Source: an uncultured Gammaproteobacteria bacterium (GTDB lineage Bacteria > Patescibacteriota > Patescibacteriia > Magasanikbacterales > GWA2-37-8). From it: a stretch of 64,000 nt of DNA. Made by a program: the position numbers and the translations under genes. Of this stretch, positions 57,214-64,000 are shown piece after piece (position 1 is the stretch's first letter; every line of letters begins with the position of its first letter). The stretch is from positions 3,781-67,780 of the forward strand of contig CAZECR010000001.1 of NCBI GenBank assembly GCA_964510495.1, read 5' to 3'. The notes below the pieces were generated by a model that was not told where the DNA came from, ran no database searches, and saw only the letters and a program-made list of their open reading frames with translations.

Positions 57214-57621
57214 ATGCCTGATCTGTTTACGGTTTCATACGGAGAAATTTTGTGGGATTCTTACGATGGACCAGCACAGCGTATTTTAATAATGGCCACC
57301 TTAGCGAGTCAGTCCAAAGAAGCGATCGGACTTTTGGCTACGGATGGACTCGCTCAATTTGAAGCTAAGCGAGATCGGATACGTTTTCCTAAGCCAGATA
57401 TTCGTTTATTCAAGTGTGAGCGGCAGGGAACAGTGTGGCAACTGGTTGATTATGATGAGCGCCTACCGGGCGACACTATTTCGCTAAAAGACTGGGTTTT
57501 GGAGTATGAATCGGTCCTAGAATCGGATGTGGTTCGGCTGGCCTTACAGGCTAAGATGCCTATGCTGCAGAATGGTTTTTTACAGCAGGTAGCAGGGCGC
57601 CTTGTGTCCCAGAATGCTTAA
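57214..57621 (+). CDS. Hypothetical protein
   Basis: 135 aa, ORF only. Confidence 0.4.
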   Translation: MPDLFTVSYGEILWDSYDGPAQRILIMATLASQSKEAIGLLATDGLAQFEAKRDRIRFPKPDIRLFKCERQGTVWQLVDYDERLPGDTISLKDWVLEYESVLESDVVRLALQAKMPMLQNGFLQQVAGRLVSQNA

Positions 57622-57642
57622 AAAAAGGCTCTACACAAGAAA

Positions 57643-57676
57643 AAGTCTTGACAATTATTGTCAAATTTACTAGTAT
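57643..57676 (+). promoter_or_regulatory. Sigma-70-type promoter TTGACA-17-TAGTAT whose -35 lies in the palindrome ttgacaattattgtcaa
   Basis: Read directly, 12 nt upstream of ATG 57688. Confidence 0.4.
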
Positions 57677-57687
57677 ATTACTGCCTT

Positions 57688-58044
57688 ATGCAGAAACAGC
57701 CGACACCCACAGACTCCTGGCGCGAGGCATTAAAATTCATCAATAAATGCCCGATTTGCTCGAATAGCTATACGCCCGAGCAGGCAACTTTGTTTGGAAA
57801 AAACGAAGCGGCCAGTTTGGTGCATTTAACCTGTACGAAGTGTCAAAGCTATTTTGTGGCAATGATTTTGGTGCTTGGTCAAGGTTTTAGTTCGGTTGGT
57901 ATGGTCACAGACCTCAGTCTCAAAGATGCTGAAAGGCTCTCGACCGTACAGCCTATTACGATGAATGAAGCGATTGCCGGTTTTCAGTTAATCCAAAATA
58001 CAGGAATGTTTAACTCATTAATCCTAAGTGGTACTATAGTATGA
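57688..58044 (+). CDS. Hypothetical Zn-ribbon-like protein (C-P-I-C ... C-T-K-C)
   Basis: 118 aa. Its 4-bp overlap (ATGA) with rplY suggests translational coupling. Confidence 0.45.
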   Translation: MQKQPTPTDSWREALKFINKCPICSNSYTPEQATLFGKNEAASLVHLTCTKCQSYFVAMILVLGQGFSSVGMVTDLSLKDAERLSTVQPITMNEAIAGFQLIQNTGMFNSLILSGTIV

Positions 58045-58742
58045 CATATTCACTCTCCGCTGTTACAAGAACAACGCGAGGAGATACAACGCGTGAACAG
58101 GGCCAAATTCCAGCAGTACTCTACGGTGCTGGCGCGGATCCTCAGTCGCTTGCAGTTGATTTCCCAAGCTTTGTAAAATTATATAAATCCGCTGGTGAAG
58201 CGAGTCTTATTGACTTAACAGTTGATGGCAAGGATGCTGGTAAAGCACTTGTTCAGGACGTTCAGCTCGACCCCGTTAAAGATCGCGTGATCCACGTTGA
58301 TTTGCGTCGTATTGATATGACCAAACCAATGACGGCTACCGTTGAACTTAAGTTCGTTGGTGAAGCGCCAGTTGTTAAAGCTCAGGGTGGTACCGTTGTT
58401 ACCAACGTTAACACCGTTGAAGTTCGTTGTTTGCCAAAAGATTTGGTATCAACACTGGAAATTGATTTAGCAGGCCTCAATTCTTTTGATGATGCTATCA
58501 AGATTAAAGATATTAAACTTCCGGAAGGGCTTCAGATTACTTCTCCAAGTGAAAACGATTTGGTTGTTAAAGCGACTCCAGCCATTACTGAAGATGAAGT
58601 TAAGAAAATGGAAGAAGCTGGAACGAGTGCAGTTGATCTTAGTAAGATCGAGTCTGCTAAGAAGAAGAAAGAAGATGAAGAAGGTGCTGAAGGCGCTGCA
58701 ACAGCCGCCGACGACAAGAAAGCTGCTCCAGAAAAGAAATAA
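58041..58742 (+). CDS. rplY: 50S ribosomal protein L25 / general stress protein Ctc
   Basis: The L25 N-terminal beta-barrel (REQGQIPAVLYGAG...) and an acidic/Lys-rich C-terminal extension. Confidence 0.85.
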   Translation: MTYSLSAVTRTTRGDTTREQGQIPAVLYGAGADPQSLAVDFPSFVKLYKSAGEASLIDLTVDGKDAGKALVQDVQLDPVKDRVIHVDLRRIDMTKPMTATVELKFVGEAPVVKAQGGTVVTNVNTVEVRCLPKDLVSTLEIDLAGLNSFDDAIKIKDIKLPEGLQITSPSENDLVVKATPAITEDEVKKMEEAGTSAVDLSKIESAKKKKEDEEGAEGAATAADDKKAAPEKK

Positions 58743-58751
58743 CATACTTCC

Positions 58752-58786
58752 AAAAATAGAGCGCTATCAGCGCTCTATTTTTTTGT
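58752..58786 (+). terminator. Intrinsic terminator after rplY
   Basis: atagagcgct-atc-agcgctctat followed by ttttttt. Confidence 0.65.
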
Positions 58787-58812
58787 TCGGCCAGTATGGT
58801 ATACTCCTGTGT

Positions 58813-59868
58813 ATGATTACTTCACTTGGTCAGCAATCTAAATATGTGTATGCGGTTGTAGCCGCTATTCTTGTCGTTGCTGCCGTAATCGCAGGGTATT
58901 TTTGGTATCAAGGAAATATACCGCCAGAAATAGATACAGTACCTCCACCAGCAATTTCACCCTGGCACAGTGCGCTAACCGGGCTTCCGGTTGCGAGTGC
59001 CACTGACGAGTATCCGCAGGTCGTGGGGGTGATGTTCGATAATCATGTTGATGCGCGGCCGCAGTCCGGGCTCGACAAGGCAGACATTGTTTATGAAGCA
59101 CCAGTCGAGGGTGGGATCACGAGATTTTTTGGAATTTTTTCAGCCAGCACAACGGTCCTAAAAATTGGTCCGGTTAGAAGCGCTCGGCCATATTTTTTGG
59201 ATTGGCTTCAAGAATATGGTGACGCAATGTATTTGCATTCCGGTGGTTCGCCGGAAGCACTCCAGCTTATCCAAACACGAAATCTGTTCGATGCGAATGA
59301 ATTTTATCGTGGCCCTTATTATTGGCGTGACAACAGTCGTTTTGCTCCGCACAACCTCTATTCAAATAGCGATAACTGGCAAAAGATGGTAGCAAAATAT
59401 GGTGCTACGCGTACCGCGTTGCCCTGGCAGGGCTGGAAATTTGCTAACGAAAGTGCGGTTACGAGTACACCTGGTGCGCACGCCAGTGTTACGGTAAAGT
59501 ATGCAAGTAACTATATTGTTTCTTGGCAGTTTACTTCGTCTACTGGCTGGTATGTTCGCCTTTTAAATACGAAGCCGTATAGTACCGAGGAAGGTGTGCC
59601 GATTGTTGCGGACTCCGTAGTATTCGCGAGCATGAGCGTGGCTACGATTGATAATGAAGGACGGCGTGAAATTCAAACTGTGGGTTCAGGAGACGCCACG
59701 ATATTAACGGGTGGAAATTTACTCAAGGGTACGTGGAAGAAAAATGGTCTTACCGATCGAACACGGTGGTATGATTCAGTGGGTAATGAAATTATTTTGA
59801 TGCCTGGCAAAACATGGGTGCAAATTGTTCCAGCAGAAATCGGACTTACGATCGAGTCGGAAGGTTAA
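58813..59868 (+). CDS. DUF3048-family (YerB-like) membrane-anchored exported protein
   Basis: Start at MITSLGQQ. N-terminal TM segment, then VVGVMFDNHVDARPQSGLDKADIVYEAPVEGGITRF, typical of YerB/DUF3048. Confidence 0.6.
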   Translation: MITSLGQQSKYVYAVVAAILVVAAVIAGYFWYQGNIPPEIDTVPPPAISPWHSALTGLPVASATDEYPQVVGVMFDNHVDARPQSGLDKADIVYEAPVEGGITRFFGIFSASTTVLKIGPVRSARPYFLDWLQEYGDAMYLHSGGSPEALQLIQTRNLFDANEFYRGPYYWRDNSRFAPHNLYSNSDNWQKMVAKYGATRTALPWQGWKFANESAVTSTPGAHASVTVKYASNYIVSWQFTSSTGWYVRLLNTKPYSTEEGVPIVADSVVFASMSVATIDNEGRREIQTVGSGDATILTGGNLLKGTWKKNGLTDRTRWYDSVGNEIILMPGKTWVQIVPAEIGLTIESEG

Positions 59869-60715
59869 TTGCGATCAGGCGCTCGTGCCCGGATAAATCT
59901 TTATGAACCTGAGTACTTGCCGTGGGCAAGTATTTTTTTATGAGTACCAGTATCGAGTTGGTTTGGCTTGGGTCAATTTCAAAATACAAACATACTTCGT
60001 TTGCATGCTGCGGTAAAAATTGCTCAGTAAGTTGTTCAAGCAGTTCGCGGTAGAGGGCCAAACCATGTTCTTCAGCTACCAGCGCATGATACGGTTCGCG
60101 TTGGATACTCGTTTCGGCTCTAAATTGAGCAGCGGTAAGATAGGGGAGATTCGCCGTAATCATAATCACGCCATCAGTGATTTGATTTCCGTGTATTCCG
60201 AAAAGAGGGGCTAAAAGATTCCCATGTAAAAAATGTATAACAGCATTATGAAATTCAGCATTCTTCTTCGCTACTTTGAGGGATCCTAATGAGATGTCAG
60301 TGGCAATAGTTTTTATTTTTTCGTCAGGAAATTTTTTAAGAATGCTGATCGGGATACAGCCCGTGCCTGTACCTACATCAATAAGTAAAATATTTTTTGA
60401 TGTTTTTTTAATTTTTTCAATCACTGCTTCAACCAAAATTTCAGTATCGGGGCGAGGAACAAGTGTGTTTTTAGTAACCAAGAAATCTAAGCCAAAAAAT
60501 TCTTTAGTTCCTCGCAGCGTGGCAATAGAGTAACCATGGTTATATTTAGTTCGGAAATAAAAAAACCGGAGTGTTTCGGTAAGTGACAAACAATACTCCG
60601 GGTGGGCAAAAATATATTCTCTGGATTTCTTAATAGCTAGCCCGAGGAGCGCCTCAAAAGCAGGATAAGGCAGAAGCGCATAGTATTTTTTTTCGAGCGC
60701 TTTAATACTAGCCAT
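59846..60715 (-). CDS. prmC: Release factor glutamine N5-methyltransferase PrmC (HemK)
   Basis: SAM motif IDVGTGTGC and NLPY (an NPPY variant). The start ATG lies 1 nt after the prfA stop. Confidence 0.8.
   Translation of the reverse strand: MASIKALEKKYYALLPYPAFEALLGLAIKKSREYIFAHPEYCLSLTETLRFFYFRTKYNHGYSIATLRGTKEFFGLDFLVTKNTLVPRPDTEILVEAVIEKIKKTSKNILLIDVGTGTGCIPISILKKFPDEKIKTIATDISLGSLKVAKKNAEFHNAVIHFLHGNLLAPLFGIHGNQITDGVIMITANLPYLTAAQFRAETSIQREPYHALVAEEHGLALYRELLEQLTEQFLPQHANEVCLYFEIDPSQTNSILVLIKKYLPTASTQVHKDLSGHERLIAINLPTRS
59912..59940 (+). terminator. Intrinsic terminator, embedded in the 3' end of the convergent prmC
   Basis: tacttgcc-gtg-ggcaagta followed by ttttttt. Confidence 0.6.
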
Positions 60716-60716
60716 A

Positions 60717-61772
60717 TTATTCATCAAGAGCTTGATCTGCCTCTTTAACGGCAGCAATAATGGGGTCTAAATGACCTTCAAGGATGGTATTAATATTATT
60801 CCAGTTTTGATGAATACGGTGGTCGCTGATGCGGTCCTGAGGGAAGTTGTACGTACGGATTTTTTCACTGCGGTCACCCGTCCCAATTTGACTGCGGCGT
60901 TTTTCGGAAAGTTCGGCTTCTTTTTTCTCTCGTTCGAGCTCAAACAGGCGGGAGCGTAGCACAGCCATGGCTTTTTCTCGGTTAGCTGTTTGGGAGCGTT
61001 CGTCCTGACACTGCACCATGGTGCCGGTCGGAATGTGGACAATGCGAACAGCTGAGTAGGTCGTGTTCACGCTCTGTCCCCCAGCACCGCCCGAACAAAA
61101 GGTGTCGATACGCAAATCCTTTGCTTCGATTTTCATTTCGGTTTCTTCGATTTCAGGCAATACTGCTACGGTCACCGTAGAGGTGTGAATACGTCCGGAT
61201 TTTTCGGTATCGGGTACGCGCTGAACACGGTGCACACCCATTTCGTATTTAAGATCGGCATAGACATTGTGGCCGCTTACCGAGAAAATAACTTCTTTGT
61301 AACCACCAATACCAATTTTATTGCTATCAAGTAAAGTTGTTTTCCAGCCTTGATTTTCTGCGTAGCGTTGATACATGCGGCACAACTCAGCGGCAAATAG
61401 TGCTGATTCGTCGCCGCCGACGCCGGCTCTGATTTCGACAATAACATTTTTCTTATCAAGCGGGTCGCGAACGCGAGTCAATTCCACCAATTCATTTTCT
61501 AAAGTTTGTTTTTTAGTCTGGAGTTCAGAGAGTTCAATTTCAGCGAGTCCACGCATTTCGTTGTCAGTTTCGGCGTTAACCATGAGGTCGGTTTCCGTAA
61601 TTCCTTTTTCAACTGCTTCAAGCTCTTTAATCTTTTCAGCTACAATTTTGCCGTCGCTGTATTCCTGTGAAATAGTCTTTAATTTTTGGGTATTACCAAT
61701 AACAGCCGGGTCCTGGAGACTGGCTTCGAGTTCTCTAAAATGTTCGAGAAATAATTGGTACTTAGAAAGCAT
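60717..61772 (-). CDS. prfA: Peptide chain release factor 1
   Basis: The GGQ motif ([12 protein letters not shown]) and the PxT-type decoding region. Confidence 0.95.
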   Translation of the reverse strand: MLSKYQLFLEHFRELEASLQDPAVIGNTQKLKTISQEYSDGKIVAEKIKELEAVEKGITETDLMVNAETDNEMRGLAEIELSELQTKKQTLENELVELTRVRDPLDKKNVIVEIRAGVGGDESALFAAELCRMYQRYAENQGWKTTLLDSNKIGIGGYKEVIFSVSGHNVYADLKYEMGVHRVQRVPDTEKSGRIHTSTVTVAVLPEIEETEMKIEAKDLRIDTFCSGGAGGQSVNTTYSAVRIVHIPTGTMVQCQDERSQTANREKAMAVLRSRLFELEREKKEAELSEKRRSQIGTGDRSEKIRTYNFPQDRISDHRIHQNWNNINTILEGHLDPIIAAVKEADQALDE

Positions 61773-61871
61773 ACGAAGATCAAAAATATGGTTTAAGCCT
61801 GAAATGAGTCTTTTTAAAGAAAAAACAGACCAACCAAAGAAAGTATAGTCTGTTTTCGGAAATTATAAAAG

Positions 61872-62174
61872 CTACTTGGTGCTTGAGGCCTCTGCTTCAG
61901 CTTTGGCTTTTTTCTTGGCAGCAGTGGCAGCCTTTTTCACTTTCTTGCCTTTGCGGGTCGCAGCAGCAGCCGAGATTTTTTCAGCGCGTTCTTGGAATTT
62001 CTCAACACGGCGAGCCGTATCAACAAATTTCTGTTTACCGGTGTAGAAAGGGTGGCAGGCACTGCACAATTCCACGCGAATTTCTTTCATCGTACTACCA
62101 GTAACAAAGGTGTTTCCGCAAGCGCAGGTAACAACCGCGTCAATATGATATTCTGGGTGAATGTCCTTTTTCAT
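61872..62174 (-). CDS. rpmE: 50S ribosomal protein L31 (Zn-binding type) with a Lys/Ala-rich C-terminal extension
   Basis: [10 protein letters not shown]...CxC...[12 protein letters not shown]. Confidence 0.9.
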   Translation of the reverse strand: MKKDIHPEYHIDAVVTCACGNTFVTGSTMKEIRVELCSACHPFYTGKQKFVDTARRVEKFQERAEKISAAAATRKGKKVKKAATAAKKKAKAEAEASSTK

Positions 62175-62350
62175 ACTCTTTGGTGCTTAAAATGCAGGTT
62201 AAATGTGCGCCTAGTATAGCATGGGGCCGAAAGATTGTCAATAAATGAGGCGTCTGCCCTCGTGTATTGCCAAAAGGCTCTCCTTTAGTGTATACTGAGG
62301 GTAATTAAACGCCTACAAAGGCTCCCGGAAGGGGGATAAAGCGGTGCGGT

Positions 62351-63106
62351 ATGGAAGGTCTGCAGCCAAAAAAAGCTTGGTACAGAAGATGGTGGGGGAT
62401 CGTACTCATTATTTTTTTGGTTTTATTTTTAATTGTTGTTGGTTTTATTGGAGCAACTATCTTTAGTTATTGGCAGCAAATTAAGAATGGCGGCGGCGCC
62501 CTGCTTGAAAGACAGGTCTACGCTGGCTTTACGACAGAAACTAGCAATACCTCTGCGTTTGGCTCAATCACTGCCCCGAGTCGTGCCGACCTCGAGCGGT
62601 CAGATAGTCCGTATCTGGGAAGTGCAAGCGCGCCCATTGTAATTGTAGAGTTTTTGGATTTTCGTTGTCCGAACTGTGACACCGCTGCACCCATCATGCG
62701 TCAAGTGCTACAAAAATATGGAAATAAGGTAAAGCTGATTGTGCGCCATTTTCCAGTTGAATCAACACACCCTGGGGCATCTCGCTATGCGGAGGTTGCA
62801 TGGTGCGCACAGCAGCAAGGTCGTTTTTGGCCAGTCTTGAATTATTTTTTTGATCATCAGGCAGAATTATCGCCCGCGCTCAGCGGAGACGAATTAGCCG
62901 GTATGGCTGCGGCCGCGCAGGTAGATGTTCCGACACTCGCCACTTGTTTAACCGGTTCTTCGGCAGCGCAAACAGCAGTTAATCGTGATTATGTTGACGG
63001 AGCAAAATTTGGTGTACGAGGAACCCCAACTTTTTTTATTAATGGTGAAAAAGTAGAAGGAGTCATCCCGGCAACCGTCTGGGATTCGTTTCTTAAACAG
63101 CAGTAA
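62351..63106 (+). CDS. Membrane-anchored DsbA-like thiol:disulfide oxidoreductase
   Basis: N-terminal TM segment. The thioredoxin-fold CPNC active site within IVIVEFLDFRCPNCDTAAP. Confidence 0.75.
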   Translation: MEGLQPKKAWYRRWWGIVLIIFLVLFLIVVGFIGATIFSYWQQIKNGGGALLERQVYAGFTTETSNTSAFGSITAPSRADLERSDSPYLGSASAPIVIVEFLDFRCPNCDTAAPIMRQVLQKYGNKVKLIVRHFPVESTHPGASRYAEVAWCAQQQGRFWPVLNYFFDHQAELSPALSGDELAGMAAAAQVDVPTLATCLTGSSAAQTAVNRDYVDGAKFGVRGTPTFFINGEKVEGVIPATVWDSFLKQQ

Positions 63107-63112
63107 AATAGT

Positions 63113-64000
63113 ATGTTTAAAAAAATATATCTTCTTATTACAGTCTGCTCATTGCTCCTTGGGCCAGCTGCCGTGGCTCAAACTGAGTCAACTATTCCAG
63201 AACTAAATTCCTTGTGCTGGCACAAAGCAGATTGTATTGATCAGCGTAAAGTTTTAGATCCGGGAGCGTCTCCCAAAGAGCTTGAAGAGGGCTGGATTTC
63301 ACCGGAAGGAGACTGTAAGGGCGAGGATTGGGGCAAATGTTTGCCGGCAGGTCAGACTGAAACCAGTATCTCATTTGGTGGCCGTAGGCAATTTCTGCAT
63401 ATGGGTGATTTTGTGGGGACAATGTATACCTATGCCATTGGTATAGCTGCCGTTGTTGCCGTGCTCATGATCATTGTTTCAGGCTTCCAGTGGGCGCTTT
63501 CAGGCGGAAATAGCGAAACAATTTCAACTGCAAAGTCTCATATTGTGGGGGCGGTTATCGGCCTTTTAATTGTCTATTTGTCCTATTTTATTTTAAACAC
63601 GCTTAATCCTACGTTAGTTAGTTTTCGTTTGCCGAGTGTCTGGATGATCAAGCCCCAAACGTATGTGCCGGCGTTTTGTGCACAATTACCGATTAGCACT
63701 AAGTTTTCATACGCTACTGATTTTAAAGACCAAGCGTCAGTCATTAAGCCAAACGACAAGACTGTCTACGACATGTCGCTCAAAGATACGAGCACTGCTA
63801 ACCTTGAAAAGTTTTATTGTGGCCACCGCTTTTTTGTCGAAGGTGGTGGTGATAAGACGTGCTTTGGCGATTACTGCCCGGCATCGAACGGTAAAAGTGC
63901 GTTTTGTATCTATGATGGCGCTACTCAAAAGTACGGTTGTCATGAAGGTACTATGTTTATTAATATTACCCATAATTCATTAGTAAAAGATTTGTTCCCT
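63113..64000 (+). CDS. Partial CDS (runs off the window end): exported Cys-rich membrane protein with a signal peptide and two internal TM segments
   Basis: Open frame from ATG 63113 to the window end with no stops. Signal peptide MFKKIYLLITVCSLLLGPAAVAQ. TM segments at MYTYAIGIAAVVAVLMIIVSGF and IVGAVIGLLIVYLSYFIL. There are 10 Cys in the extracytoplasmic parts. Confidence 0.5.
   Translation, partial: MFKKIYLLITVCSLLLGPAAVAQTESTIPELNSLCWHKADCIDQRKVLDPGASPKELEEGWISPEGDCKGEDWGKCLPAGQTETSISFGGRRQFLHMGDFVGTMYTYAIGIAAVVAVLMIIVSGFQWALSGGNSETISTAKSHIVGAVIGLLIVYLSYFILNTLNPTLVSFRLPSVWMIKPQTYVPAFCAQLPISTKFSYATDFKDQASVIKPNDKTVYDMSLKDTSTANLEKFYCGHRFFVEGGGDKTCFGDYCPASNGKSAFCIYDGATQKYGCHEGTMFINITHNSLVKDLFP

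Noticed and set aside
1-64000. CRISPR arrays, rRNA/tRNA genes, integrases, transposases and prophage genes
   Set aside because: None found. No direct-repeat/spacer arrays, no tRNA-like cloverleaf candidates in the intergenic regions inspected, and no integrase or transposase motifs. The GC-rich islets are therefore not called mobile elements despite their atypical composition.

Overview
This 64 kb window looks like a small, housekeeping-dense bacterial chromosome segment with a Gram-positive-like, reduced-genome character. Hypothetical proteins are frequent and low-complexity. The organisation resembles a candidate phyla radiation (Patescibacteria)-type genome, but that is inference only.

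Recognisable core genes:
- DNA metabolism and repair: gyrA, uvrA, uvrB and a short uvrC.
- Translation and RNA: rpsA, thrS, miaA, hpt, prfA-prmC, rpmE, rpmF, rplY, nusB, rsmE, and an RNase P RNA that the ORF track hides under a spurious ORF.
- Envelope and cell division: ftsH, a FemAB-family transferase, an FtsW/RodA-family protein, and a PilB/GspE-type ATPase.
- Polysaccharide cluster: a priming sugar transferase plus two family-4 glycosyltransferases.
- Metal transport: an NRAMP transporter co-transcribed with an MgtE-N/CBS sensor-like protein.
- Redox: bcp and a DsbA-like oxidoreductase.

Several compositionally distinct GC-rich islets sit inside this AT-moderate backbone, and nearly all encode exported or membrane proteins:
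- 2280-5130: two paralogous secreted proteins that share a novel Cys-loop plus Gly/Ala-rich C-terminal module. Each is followed by a conserved ~85-nt palindromic element that shows a compensatory base change.
- 43108-47506: two tandem OPT-family transporters.
- 47885-49502 and 53504-54621: small signal-peptide and lipoprotein ORFs.

Other notable points:
- The FemAB gene carries two (GGAACAA)4 heptanucleotide tracts.
- A three-gene metal-transport operon ends in a 601-aa protein whose C-terminus resembles the bL12 (L7/L12) C-terminal domain.
- A two-gene operon encodes very large surface proteins.
- A DsbA-like gene is paired with a Cys-rich membrane protein.

No CRISPR array, rRNA, tRNA, integrase or transposase was seen.
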